IMG/VR virus record: IMGVR_UViG_3300026521_000527
Location: 64,001 to 128,000 of that record
Strand: one strand, 5' to 3'
Source of the DNA: a virus
Length of the DNA stretch: 64,000 bases
In this document: piece by piece, positions 28,537 through 38,736 of the stretch
How the letters are laid out: every line of letters starts with the position of its first letter
Numbering within the stretch: the first letter of the stretch is position 1
Made by a program: the position numbers and the translations under genes
Notes under the pieces: model-generated
Seen by the model: the letters and a program-made list of their open reading frames with translations, nothing else
Database searches by the model: none
What the model was told of the DNA's origin: nothing

Positions 28537-29514
28537 TTAAACGATATTTTGATTATTATATGAAATTAAAAAATCATAATCATTTTTGTATAGATTCATA
28601 TATACATCCAGAGATGTAATCATTTTTTTTGGAATACTAACGCTAAAAATATTTTTAGGATTGCAATGCATATTATTACTCGAATGATTTTTTGATAAAA
28701 TTCTAGCTAGCTCATAAGATATGTCATTAAAATTTTTCCAATATTCATGACCACTAGGTGTACTACCCCATATCATATAATTATCAACGATTGAATGCAT
28801 TCTAATTAAAATTAAATCATTTTTAATTTTATGTCTGGCGACTTGATATATAAGAGAATCATCTCTTATTAAGTTATATTTTTTTTCATAATAAATTACA
28901 ACCTCATGATAGAATTTATAAGCTGCTTTTTTATAAAAAGAAAATTTTTCCATACTCTCACTATCAAATACTTGATCTTTTTTTCCAAGATAATTTAAAA
29001 TATCCATTACCAATTCTTCTGGTTGTTGGAAGATAGCTAATAATTTTATAAATGGAATTCCAGGTTTAAGAAACATATTATCAAAATTCATCCTGAGATT
29101 ATAACAAGAGCTTAATAATTCAATCTTTAATCCATATTCATATAAAATATTAATGGGATTACATCTAACTCCAAAAAAACGATATTTTTTTGAATATTCA
29201 ATGAACTCGAAAAATTTAGACATAATTTCAAACCAAGTGTCAATTTTTGTATCATAATCAATATCAGAATTATATATTAATCTGATCTTTATTTTTAAAT
29301 CATGAGACATCGTATTTTTAAAATCTTGCCATGCATCGATAACACCGTAATATGACATAATTAAATCAATAGTTGTGTAATTGAAGTTTTCATTATCATC
29401 AGATTCAACTGATAATTGCTGATTTTGCTCAATAGTATGAAATAATAGCTCAAAATTTTTTTGACTAATTTCAATATACTTTTCAGAATCTTTATTATTT
29501 ATAATAGATTTCAT
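28537..29514 (-). CDS. Hypothetical protein
   Basis: 325-aa ORF with RBS-like AAAGGA. Confidence 0.7.
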   Translation of the reverse strand: MKSIINNKDSEKYIEISQKNFELLFHTIEQNQQLSVESDDNENFNYTTIDLIMSYYGVIDAWQDFKNTMSHDLKIKIRLIYNSDIDYDTKIDTWFEIMSKFFEFIEYSKKYRFFGVRCNPINILYEYGLKIELLSSCYNLRMNFDNMFLKPGIPFIKLLAIFQQPEELVMDILNYLGKKDQVFDSESMEKFSFYKKAAYKFYHEVVIYYEKKYNLIRDDSLIYQVARHKIKNDLILIRMHSIVDNYMIWGSTPSGHEYWKNFNDISYELARILSKNHSSNNMHCNPKNIFSVSIPKKMITSLDVYMNLYKNDYDFLISYNNQNIV

Positions 29515-29587
29515 TTTTTTCCTTTAATGTTTTTAAAAAATATAGTAATAAAAAATAAGTACAGAAGGGTCTTGCTTCGAGTGATGT

Positions 29588-30931
29588 TTAAACATCACTC
29601 GAAGCAATTGCTTCTTGTCTTAGTATACATGATCCACATTTGCCACAAGGTTCTCCATTTTTTGGAAAATAGCAACTAAATGAAATATCGAGGATTTCAT
29701 TTAGTATCTCATCACCAAATTCTTCTCTAAATGATTTAATCATATTTGTCTTTGTCAATCCAAAATAAGGTGAGATAACTCTATATCCTCCTGTAATTTT
29801 AAAATCTTTCCCACCAAATTTTACGACGGTTGATATAGCTTCCAACCAACCTTCACTATTATCCATAAAAACCATACCCTCGGATAAATTTAATCCAAAA
29901 AGAATATCTACATTTTTTAGATTCATTGATTCAGCAAGAGCCGCTAAATCTATAGCAAATTGACTATTTCTATATGGAACATAAGCTATTGGTGATTCCG
30001 TTTCGGATTTATCACCGATTGCATTTTTATTAGCTATTTTTGGCAACTGAGCATCAGTAATTTTAAAATAGTGCTTAAAGAATTTTTTAGCATTAATAAT
30101 ATTTACTTCAGCTCCTGGATAAATTCTCCTTTTGAAATCTTCAATTGCTTTGAGTTCTTTTGAACTCGCGCGAGTTCCCCAATCAAAATAATTTAAAATT
30201 ACTCTTCGATAATGAGTTGATAATAATTTATACGTTGATAACGATATATCCATTCCGCCGGAAAAAGCAACCATTAAAGTTCTTTGATTTGAATCTTTTT
30301 GACTTTTCTTTTCAAAGAGTTCAAAAGAACTGGTTCCCAAAATATTTTCAAAAATAACATTATCGAATTTATCCTTGATTACATTTCTTACCCATACTTT
30401 TAGTCCATGTTCAATAAACTTGAACATGTAATCAATTTTATCCAAATATATTATACTGAAGGAACCTTCAGCTTCATCTAGATTTGATAACTCTTGTAAG
30501 ATATCTGTATCTATCTTTATTTTAGTGTTATATTTTTCAGCTAATTTTTCAGCATTATAAACAGTCCCATGAACTGAAAAAATAATATCATCAAAATTGC
30601 AGGAAGTATATGGCTGTAATATATTTGGATATCCAATTTCCATTTCAGGTTCTTGTCGAGAGAAAATCATAAAATTGTATTTTTTTTCAGGATTGTATCC
30701 TTCAACAACTGCTTTTAAATTTTGCTCAAAAGCATATAATACTTCATCAATTGTATTTCCGGTAAATATAGTGTGCTTTTTATTGTCACTATCCGCGACT
30801 AACATTGATGTGTAATCATGTTTCCCATTCTGGGAGCCTTTTATTTTCAAATAGTTTTTTAAATATTTTTTAGCTTCTGGATTGTCAACAACAGTTGACC
30901 CTTTTGCAGTAAAAGATATTATTTGACACAT
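29588..30931 (-). CDS. queC: Glutamine amidotransferase (Ntn) - QueC fusion (GAT-QueC)
   Basis: N-terminal MCQI (Cys2), HGTVYN, DTD; then VAFSGGMDIS, VPYRNSQF, SFSCY..PCGKCGSCILR. Confidence 0.85.
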   Translation of the reverse strand: MCQIISFTAKGSTVVDNPEAKKYLKNYLKIKGSQNGKHDYTSMLVADSDNKKHTIFTGNTIDEVLYAFEQNLKAVVEGYNPEKKYNFMIFSRQEPEMEIGYPNILQPYTSCNFDDIIFSVHGTVYNAEKLAEKYNTKIKIDTDILQELSNLDEAEGSFSIIYLDKIDYMFKFIEHGLKVWVRNVIKDKFDNVIFENILGTSSFELFEKKSQKDSNQRTLMVAFSGGMDISLSTYKLLSTHYRRVILNYFDWGTRASSKELKAIEDFKRRIYPGAEVNIINAKKFFKHYFKITDAQLPKIANKNAIGDKSETESPIAYVPYRNSQFAIDLAALAESMNLKNVDILFGLNLSEGMVFMDNSEGWLEAISTVVKFGGKDFKITGGYRVISPYFGLTKTNMIKSFREEFGDEILNEILDISFSCYFPKNGEPCGKCGSCILRQEAIASSDV

Positions 30932-30934
30932 TTT

Positions 30935-31870
30935 TTAGTCCTTTTCCTTTGATTTATTAATATAATCAACGATAAAATTTTTAAAATCATTTAGATCATC
31001 ATAAGAAAATATTTGATTTCTTGGTGAGCCACCGATGGCTAATTTTCCCCCAGCGTCTTTTCCAAAAAATATATTTAAAGGTTCTATTACTCCTTGCAAT
31101 CCAAACACGGAAATAGCAATTTCATCATTTCGACAACTTAAAGTTATGGCTCCAGTAGTCTGATGTAATTGGATTATTATATCTGCCTTTTTTCCATTAA
31201 TCTCATATGCTGTTGTAAGTTTAAATGGTGCGGAGTATATAAAAATACCTAAATCCCCAAGAGACAATTCATCAATAATATATTTTTCTGCCTGTTCTTG
31301 TTGGGCATCAAGCCATTGATAAACTTCCGCCATTTTTTCATCAGGTATTTTTTCAAGTTTAAGAATATCAGAAATTCTAAGTAGTAATTTTTTAACTTCC
31401 TTGGTAACATCTTTTAAAGAATAACCATTATCGTGTATAATCCATGAGTTTACTAAATACCCAAGATATAAATATTTATCATGAATATTTGACGGTAATT
31501 CTCTTACATAATCTATTGTATTATGGATACCATAATTATCACAATATGCAATAATATTTGCAATAAAAAAATTTTCTCGAGTAGGTTTTATCCATTTCCC
31601 AGCCCATAACATACCAAAAATAGTATCTAAATCAATATGAGATACAATAAATTTATTATAACTTTTTTTATTTTTAAAAAGTGTATATGAGGCGGATGGA
31701 GGAATATTGTATTGGATTGGAAAATGATGATTTAAACATATTTCAACACCATCATAAGACTCATCCAATTTTTTATCACCATACTCTGTTTCAATTGCAA
31801 CAATATTGCTTTTGAGGGATTTTGATGCTGCTATAGCAGCATCAAAATCCTTAGCCAGTAATACTCTCAT
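30935..31870 (-). CDS. Possible DHH-like phosphoesterase
   Basis: IETEYG, NHH, SHIDLD and a C-terminal GG...GGSPR motif. Start moved to MRVLL. Confidence 0.4.
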   Translation of the reverse strand: MRVLLAKDFDAAIAASKSLKSNIVAIETEYGDKKLDESYDGVEICLNHHFPIQYNIPPSASYTLFKNKKSYNKFIVSHIDLDTIFGMLWAGKWIKPTRENFFIANIIAYCDNYGIHNTIDYVRELPSNIHDKYLYLGYLVNSWIIHDNGYSLKDVTKEVKKLLLRISDILKLEKIPDEKMAEVYQWLDAQQEQAEKYIIDELSLGDLGIFIYSAPFKLTTAYEINGKKADIIIQLHQTTGAITLSCRNDEIAISVFGLQGVIEPLNIFFGKDAGGKLAIGGSPRNQIFSYDDLNDFKNFIVDYINKSKEKD

Positions 31871-33248
31871 CTTGAAACTCTTGCTGTTGAGTGAGGATTT
31901 GAGCGGCCTCCTCAATTTTTAATACAGCTTTTGCAATTGCCTCCAAAAGAGGATGTTCAAATCCTTCTTGATTTGCAATGTACTGGATGTATTTCATCAC
32001 ACTATACCAATTTGGATTTAGCTCAAGAAGTAAATCTTCAGTTGGGATATCCGAAGTTATTCTTTTGCATGTTCTTGTAGTAGTTTGCAACCCACCATTT
32101 TTAAGTTCTTCCCAATTTATGGTGGTATTTTCAAATACTGTTGCCATATCCATTTCAACATCTGATTCAATGACATTACAATCATCAAAATGATTAAACT
32201 TAACCAGATTTTCTTCTGGATAAGTTTCTGTATCACTTGAATGCACCACATAGAAATATGGCCAAGTTATGTAAACGGCTGTCAAAGTTACATTGTCATT
32301 TGAAATGACATATGCTTTTTCTGGTTGTAGTTCGATATTTGAAGTTGAACTTAATAGTTCAACTTTATCGGACAATGTTTTAATAAGTATCGTTAGATTT
32401 AAATCGACTACAACTTTATGACCATGCTCATCAACAGCATTTTGAATATATTTTGATACAACCTCAGTAAAACCAGTACTAAAAAGAGTCTCAATAACTT
32501 CTCTGGTCACTTGATTATTTGGAATCGCTAAATAATTTGATAGATTATTATCATTAAGATTTTCATCTGTCGATGTTTCAACTATATGTTGAAACATCGA
32601 AGTTGTTATTTCACGAACTGGTGTTGGGACACCGATTGTATCTGCAGCTGGTGTATCTGCAGCTTGTGTTTGTACCTCAGCTTGTGTTTCTGCATCTTGT
32701 GTTTGTACCTCAGCTGGTGTATCTGCAGCTTGTGTTTGTACCTCAGCTGGTGTATCTGCAGCTTGTGTTTGTACCTCAGCTGGTGTATCTGCAGCTTGTG
32801 TTTGTACCTCAGCTGGTGCTTCTTCAACAGCTTGAACCCTCTGCTGAGGCAAGTGATGTCTAATAATATTATCTAACGAGTTAATAATATTATCAAAAGA
32901 AGTGTCACCAGTAATTTGAGCTGCAGCAATATCTTGTGGTGATACATCAGCAACCAAGCTCTCTTCGAATTCACGAATTCTCGCAGCTATTGTCCCAGGA
33001 GCAAGCAATTCAAAAACTTGAATTGTACTCAATGCTTGTATAGGTATCGCTACTACCGGAGCCAATTCAGGGATTGTCATTTCCCCATCTATATATTGAA
33101 TTTTCTGTGAAAATTCAATCATCTGGTCTGTAAAACGTGTACAGACCCCATCAAAGTTTACAAAAGTTTGAGTGCCATTCGGCATTCTAAATGAACCTTC
33201 TATAGAAACCTCTGAATTTATGTCCAACGTTAATTGTTGCTGTTGCAT
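31851..33248 (-). CDS. Acidic hypothetical protein with internal 11-aa repeats
   Basis: 465 aa; (PAEVQTQAADT)n. Confidence 0.75.
   Translation of the reverse strand: MQQQQLTLDINSEVSIEGSFRMPNGTQTFVNFDGVCTRFTDQMIEFSQKIQYIDGEMTIPELAPVVAIPIQALSTIQVFELLAPGTIAARIREFEESLVADVSPQDIAAAQITGDTSFDNIINSLDNIIRHHLPQQRVQAVEEAPAEVQTQAADTPAEVQTQAADTPAEVQTQAADTPAEVQTQDAETQAEVQTQAADTPAADTIGVPTPVREITTSMFQHIVETSTDENLNDNNLSNYLAIPNNQVTREVIETLFSTGFTEVVSKYIQNAVDEHGHKVVVDLNLTILIKTLSDKVELLSSTSNIELQPEKAYVISNDNVTLTAVYITWPYFYVVHSSDTETYPEENLVKFNHFDDCNVIESDVEMDMATVFENTTINWEELKNGGLQTTTRTCKRITSDIPTEDLLLELNPNWYSVMKYIQYIANQEGFEHPLLEAIAKAVLKIEEAAQILTQQQEFQDESITG
32645..32818. repeat. Tandem 33-bp coding repeat, five copies (one degenerate) plus a partial
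   Basis: cagctggtgtatctgcagcttgtgtttgtacct at 32645, 32711, 32744, 32777; variant at 32678. Confidence 0.92.
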
Positions 33249-33316
33249 GAAATCTCCTTTAATTTTTTTGATTCTTTTTATTCTAATTATTTGAATATTT
33301 CAAATAAAATAAAAAG

Positions 33317-33350
33317 ATAGTGAGAGCAATCATGCTTGTGCTCTCACTAT
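33317..33350 (-). terminator. Stem-loop with U-rich tail (terminator-like)
   Basis: atagtgagagc/gctctcactat arms, followed on the minus strand by ctttttatttt. Confidence 0.6.
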
Positions 33351-33355
33351 AATTA

Positions 33356-33383
33356 TTTATATACTTAATTGATTTATTCTAAA
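33356..33383 (-). promoter_or_regulatory. Bipartite motif TTTAGAATAA-N8-AGTATATAAA, copy 1
   Basis: Both 10-bp boxes identical at 45421 and 53757. Confidence 0.55.
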
Positions 33384-33400
33384 CTTAGATTTAAAATATA

Positions 33401-35374
33401 TTAATCATTAAACTCCATACCAATTAATTTTAATGCAGTGTTCACAGCACGTTTTGTCAGTGAACTATATTTTGGATTTAAATCATATCCACCGTCGGTT
33501 ACATATCTAAGAATAAATGTTTCTTTTTCTGTTACAGTGCTATCTGACTTAATTGTATACAACTCTTTTAACATACCATTCTTCTCTTTATGAGCTAAAA
33601 GCGCAGCTAGTGTTTGCCAACTGATATGTTGCCCACCTTGCTTTTTTCTACCTCTTGCCGGCTGCCCAGTGATTTTACTATAGCTATTTGCAAAAGATAC
33701 TGAAGTGTATTTGCTATAACTAGTATGATGTAATTTTAACCAGTAGTTTGATCCAATAAATCCTTTAATAGTTTTCGAGTACACCTGATCACCAAATACT
33801 CTATTTTTATAATGCCATTTATCTCTCAACCATTTTATTAAATCTTCTGAAATTTCAACTTCTTCTTTGCCCATAAATATACCGAAATACGAACCATATT
33901 TATCAAGAAATTCATCAAAAAATTCTTTATATTTTAATTTATTAAAATTACTAGAATATAAAAAGAAACCATTCTTTTTAACATCCTCTAAAAAATCTTC
34001 AAAGAGTTCTTTTTGACTCAAAAGCTCTTGAACTTTTTTGTAATAATCCTCATCTATTTTTTTAATGTAATGTTCATTTATAAACATTACTCTTTCTCTA
34101 ATAGCTTCTTGATCTTCTACTTTAGATTCAACATCTTCTATGATCTTGCTCAATCCAAGTTCAAAAACACTCCCCCAATTATTTCTACCAAATATACCAA
34201 GAGGATTAAAAATTGCATCAACACCAGCAGGCATTAATTCATCCGGAATAATCATAGAAATTACACCTTTACCTGCATATAAATTAGTGAATTTATCACC
34301 TCGAGTACTTCCAACGGTAATTGCTATATCGACTTCCAGTAAAAAATCAACTTCAGTAGGATCCAAACCGAATTCGTCTTTCAATTTAGTATCAAAAGAC
34401 TTTGGAAATTTATCAACACCATAATAACTAGAATATATTTCTTCTGTTAATTTTAAATTTTCTTCATCACTTAATCCTATCGATTTAAACGTCTCTTGTA
34501 ATTGATTTTTAAATACGATATTATTATTATAAAAAGTCTCAATCTCTCGAATAAGTCCTGGTGTATAAATATATTCTTGATCGAGTTCTACAAAACTCTT
34601 CTTATTATTTTTATGAACTTTGACTGATTGTATATTACCACCAAGAATACCTTTTATATTTTTGGTAAAAAATAAAGATTCTTGTGAACTTAAGTTTTGT
34701 ATTTCAGACACAAAGTGTTCACTGGTATCTATATTAAAAAATTTTATATATTCTTCAATATCCATCACTTGTCCAGGCGAGAAGAAATATTGATCCATCC
34801 CGTTCCTTAGATATTTCCATTTCTTAGTCACCGGAATAAATAATTTTTGAGAGTATGAAATTTGAGCTCGTCTAGCAAATGATTCAGATACGACTAAAGC
34901 ATCATCCGAAGTATATCCAAAAAAGCTACTAAATAATATTTTGGTCCTGTATCCTATTCTAGGCATCTTTGATTCCGGATTCATATTAGTATAATCAAAA
35001 AGAAGTTCTCCTTTTTTAATTGGCCCAACTGGTGCGATATATTTTACACCGAGTGAAAGGTTAACCATTTTTTTAAATTTCGGGACATGTTTAGATACCA
35101 GTTTTTTTAAACTGGTATAATAAATAATAATAGTCTCTCTGCTTGAAAGAATTACATAACCATCATCTTGGGCAATTTGACTAAAAGGAGAATCAACTTC
35201 AGATATACCTAAATAATTTTTGTCAATTATAAATGGTGTTTCTGTTAAATTACTAACACATGCTTGCGTCTGCTGTTTACTTGACATATTTAACCTTGAC
35301 GCTTCCACCGAGTTCGCAAACGATGTAAATGTTTCAATTTGAGGACTAAATAAAACTAAATTCTTTTTTTCCAT
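33401..35374 (-). CDS. rpoB: Phage multi-subunit RNA polymerase, beta subunit C-terminal piece
   Basis: RLNMSSKQQTQA, GYTSDDALVVS, GDKFTNLYAGKGVIS, IFNPLGIFGRNN, YWLKLHH, GQP..GR...GGQ. Confidence 0.9.
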   Translation of the reverse strand: MEKKNLVLFSPQIETFTSFANSVEASRLNMSSKQQTQACVSNLTETPFIIDKNYLGISEVDSPFSQIAQDDGYVILSSRETIIIYYTSLKKLVSKHVPKFKKMVNLSLGVKYIAPVGPIKKGELLFDYTNMNPESKMPRIGYRTKILFSSFFGYTSDDALVVSESFARRAQISYSQKLFIPVTKKWKYLRNGMDQYFFSPGQVMDIEEYIKFFNIDTSEHFVSEIQNLSSQESLFFTKNIKGILGGNIQSVKVHKNNKKSFVELDQEYIYTPGLIREIETFYNNNIVFKNQLQETFKSIGLSDEENLKLTEEIYSSYYGVDKFPKSFDTKLKDEFGLDPTEVDFLLEVDIAITVGSTRGDKFTNLYAGKGVISMIIPDELMPAGVDAIFNPLGIFGRNNWGSVFELGLSKIIEDVESKVEDQEAIRERVMFINEHYIKKIDEDYYKKVQELLSQKELFEDFLEDVKKNGFFLYSSNFNKLKYKEFFDEFLDKYGSYFGIFMGKEEVEISEDLIKWLRDKWHYKNRVFGDQVYSKTIKGFIGSNYWLKLHHTSYSKYTSVSFANSYSKITGQPARGRKKQGGQHISWQTLAALLAHKEKNGMLKELYTIKSDSTVTEKETFILRYVTDGGYDLNPKYSSLTKRAVNTALKLIGMEFND

Positions 35375-35384
35375 TGTGTTCCTT

Positions 35385-36875
35385 TTATTCTAAAGTGGTT
35401 TTCAACGCACCAGCATCAATTTCAAGAATTTCCTTAAAACTATTCGCTTCGGTTTTATCATAGCGAATACCATCAAATCTTGGATGCAATAAACTTGGAT
35501 ACCCATCCTTATTATAGCTAATACCATTGCATACAACCGAAATTATTTGCCCTAATCTTTCTTCTTTATGTGTCCAACCATATTCTCTTTCTTTTTCATC
35601 AAGACCAGGAGCTTTCGTTTTTATTTTTGAACAACTTGATTCAACAATATATGCACCCAAAGTATTCTCATATTTAGTACCAGGATCACCTTGTCTAAAA
35701 CCAGTTATTTTTAACTCAACTGATATCTCATGTTTGAGTTTAATTTGATATACTGGTTTGCCAGATTTCCATTGACCCGTTCTTGATTTAACTATAGTTC
35801 CTTCACCACCTCTTTTTTTAATCTCAATAAAATGCTTTTTCGCTTCTTCAATTGATGTAATTATTTTAGTATGGACTGGTTTAAAAAAAGAGTTGTTTTT
35901 CAATAGCCGTCTAACTAACTGGAATCTTTTTTTATACGGACTATCCGAAAACCCATTACGAAATTCGTCTTTATTTATCACATCCCAACACACAAAGTAA
36001 ATTCTAGACTTTAAGTCAAAATAATCATATTCCTCGGAGATCCTTTTAAACTCTCTAATTTTTTGATATTTTTGACCTTCTGCAACCTTTTTCTCAATTT
36101 TTGAAATACTATTCAAAAGACCATTTGATGTGTATCTATCAATTCCAGAAATTAATACTTCCGAATTAAATACAACATCATCGAGTCCAAAAGCACTCAT
36201 CTTCTTTAAAATTTTATTTATATTTTTATATTGATCTGCTGTCAAAGAACCTAGATAAATAGGCTTCATATCCCTAGTCAATAATCTTAAGGTTCTGCCT
36301 TTAACATCAAGAAAACCATTTGAATACATTCCATCCATTTTTTCTTGACTATAAAGAATATTATTTTCTTTTTTAAAAAGATTATCTAATTTTTTAACAC
36401 TGTATGGAATTGCTCCCATATAATGTTTATCCAAAACCAGATTTGGTACAGCTGCATTTATTTTCTTATACTGCATGCCAATTTTTAAATCCTTTTTAAG
36501 AAGATCTATGATTAAATATCTATGTTTATTTGGGACTCGAGATAACAACTCTTCGAGAAAATATTTTGCTGCATGTCCGCGCAGCTTTTTATGGATTAAA
36601 TTGAGTTCTAAATCACTCAAAGCTTCATATAAAGATAAGCTCTCTTTAGAATTAAAATCTTGAATTTCAAGGGTATCTAAAGTTTTTTGACCAAGATTAA
36701 AAATAACATCTGGATTATAAACCATTTGAAAATATTTTTGAAATACTATTTTTTTATCAGTGGTTTTATCAGTGGTCGAGATATCTTTAAAAAATTCAGA
36801 TAATATATTTATCTTTTTAAGAGTACTTGATTCATTTTTTAACTCAGTTATTAAATAATCTAATTCGGTATACAT
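35385..36875 (-). CDS. ATP-dependent DNA ligase (T4 gp30-like)
   Basis: QEKMDG (KxDG), EGTIVK, IKLK, LLHPRF..IRYDK. Confidence 0.92.
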   Translation of the reverse strand: MYTELDYLITELKNESSTLKKINILSEFFKDISTTDKTTDKKIVFQKYFQMVYNPDVIFNLGQKTLDTLEIQDFNSKESLSLYEALSDLELNLIHKKLRGHAAKYFLEELLSRVPNKHRYLIIDLLKKDLKIGMQYKKINAAVPNLVLDKHYMGAIPYSVKKLDNLFKKENNILYSQEKMDGMYSNGFLDVKGRTLRLLTRDMKPIYLGSLTADQYKNINKILKKMSAFGLDDVVFNSEVLISGIDRYTSNGLLNSISKIEKKVAEGQKYQKIREFKRISEEYDYFDLKSRIYFVCWDVINKDEFRNGFSDSPYKKRFQLVRRLLKNNSFFKPVHTKIITSIEEAKKHFIEIKKRGGEGTIVKSRTGQWKSGKPVYQIKLKHEISVELKITGFRQGDPGTKYENTLGAYIVESSCSKIKTKAPGLDEKEREYGWTHKEERLGQIISVVCNGISYNKDGYPSLLHPRFDGIRYDKTEANSFKEILEIDAGALKTTLE

Positions 36876-36890
36876 TAGTCTCCTTTAAAA

Positions 36891-37376
36891 TTAATATCCA
36901 AAATCTAATTCATTATATGAATAATCCTCAGAATTCCACAAAGAAGATTCAAAATCGCCTTCAAATACATTACCATCAGGATCATAATAATATAAACCAA
37001 CTGGAATAAATTTTTCAACATCTCCATATTTATCATCAAAAAAATAATGTTCTAATATTAAAGTATTTGCTCTACCAAATATAATATATGAATCAGTCGT
37101 CCAATCATCAACTATATCAAAATATTCGGCCGCCTGCCCAATATTGAAAACAAGATTATTTTCAATAACATCCTTCGCATTGAAGATCTTCTCCTCAATA
37201 AAAACATCACCAGATGTGTTCAGAATTGCAAATCTTACTAAAATTTCATCACAATATGGTTCGGAAATGAGGTAGGCATCCGGATCATTTTTTAATGGAA
37301 TAAAATTCCAACTACTATCCCTAATTGATTCTTGTAAAATTTCTAAATTATTTAATGATTGCATCTTTTTACTCAT
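36891..37376 (-). CDS. Hypothetical protein
   Basis: 161-aa ORF with RBS-like GAGGAG. Confidence 0.65.
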   Translation of the reverse strand: MSKKMQSLNNLEILQESIRDSSWNFIPLKNDPDAYLISEPYCDEILVRFAILNTSGDVFIEEKIFNAKDVIENNLVFNIGQAAEYFDIVDDWTTDSYIIFGRANTLILEHYFFDDKYGDVEKFIPVGLYYYDPDGNVFEGDFESSLWNSEDYSYNELDFGY

Positions 37377-38671
37377 TTTAACTCCTCAGTATATTTATTA
37401 ATTATGTATTCAATTGATTCATCGTTTAATAAATCAGATTGGATATCTGATGGAACCACTTTTGATTTCATTTTTCTTTGACTCAAATCAATCTCTTGTC
37501 CTGTAAACTTATAAACCATTTTCTCTAAACCTTCTTTAACCATATAACCTATTTCGATTTTTAAATCAATTCGTCCTTTTCTCAAAAGCGCGTCATCCAA
37601 CTCATCTAAGTTATTGGTAGTCGTAATTAATACACGCCCATGTGGACTTTTAACACCATCCATAATTTTTAATAATTCTGAAAGTGTACTAAGACTCGAA
37701 CCACCAGCCGCATCTTTTTGAATACCAGTTAACTCTTGCCCTTCATTAACTTTAAGTTCATTAAGTGCCGGTTCTTGATTTTCATTATTTTTAAACTTTT
37801 GGAAATCAAGTTGACGTTTCTTAGCACCAAGTGTATCAATTTCCTCTAATAATATTACACCATCACTTGTATCTACATTCAAATGATGAGCAAAATTTGC
37901 TAAATAAAAATCTCTATTTAAATAACTCGCAATTGTTTTCGCTATTGAGGTTTTCCCAGTTCCCGGAGGCCCATAAAGCAATATTCCAAAGTGGTATGGA
38001 ATATCTAAATCAATATACCTTTCTTCCTGTTCTATGAAACCATCAAGAGCATTTTTTATAAGATCAATTTTTTCCTGTTCAATATAAATTGTATCAAAAG
38101 ACCTCTTATATATTTGCCCAATAATCCTACTAGCATTACTTTCTATTTCATGGACCCATATTTTATTTGGATCAGTGTGTTCGTTAATTGCTTCATGAAG
38201 TAGATTATCAAAAAATTTATGACTTCTTCCGAGGATAGTCAGACGCATCTCTTTTAAAATACCTGTCTGGATTTTTTCAGATTTTACATTTATCAGACAG
38301 AATTTCTTATTCAATTTAAATATCTGTGTACCATTCCCTATTGATTTTCCACCCTGAATGTTCGATTTCCAAAAACCACTATTAAAATTTATTATTCTTG
38401 ATTTTTTATCTAGATTATTTCCATCTTTATTTAAAATTTTTTCAACTTGATAATAAATACGATTATCATCTGTGATAATTAAAGTAGTCGTTAAATGTTT
38501 TTTTAAAAATCTAATAAATCTTCCTGGAAGTTCTCTAGCTAAATAAAGACCGGTACTTCCAACGCCAGTTAAAATTAGACCGGTCGCAAATTCATTCCCA
38601 CCTGTAATTAAATCTATATAGTTATTCACTGATTGGAATATACTCGTTAAAAACCCAACTTCATCTTGCAT
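37373..38671 (-). CDS. BCS1-like AAA+ ATPase with N-terminal membrane anchor
   Basis: Hydrophobic N-terminal segment; GILLYGPPGTGKTS, LLEEID, TTN..LD.ALLR.GRID. Confidence 0.8.
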   Translation of the reverse strand: MQDEVGFLTSIFQSVNNYIDLITGGNEFATGLILTGVGSTGLYLARELPGRFIRFLKKHLTTTLIITDDNRIYYQVEKILNKDGNNLDKKSRIINFNSGFWKSNIQGGKSIGNGTQIFKLNKKFCLINVKSEKIQTGILKEMRLTILGRSHKFFDNLLHEAINEHTDPNKIWVHEIESNASRIIGQIYKRSFDTIYIEQEKIDLIKNALDGFIEQEERYIDLDIPYHFGILLYGPPGTGKTSIAKTIASYLNRDFYLANFAHHLNVDTSDGVILLEEIDTLGAKKRQLDFQKFKNNENQEPALNELKVNEGQELTGIQKDAAGGSSLSTLSELLKIMDGVKSPHGRVLITTTNNLDELDDALLRKGRIDLKIEIGYMVKEGLEKMVYKFTGQEIDLSQRKMKSKVVPSDIQSDLLNDESIEYIINKYTEELK

Positions 38672-38695
38672 TTTTTTCCTTTAATGTTTTTAATC

Positions 38696-38731
38696 TGGAG
38701 TTCAGAGGCACTCCAGTGCCTCTGAACTCCA
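38696..38731. repeat. Perfect inverted repeat, 17-bp arms, 2-nt spacer
   Basis: tggagttcagaggcact-cc-agtgcctctgaactcca, 5 bp from the rpoB-N stop codon. Confidence 0.95.
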
Positions 38732-38736
38732 CAATC

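Noticed and set aside
32645-32818. 33-bp repeats as a CRISPR array
   Set aside because: The units are contiguous with no unique spacers and are in-frame in a CDS; no cas genes are visible.
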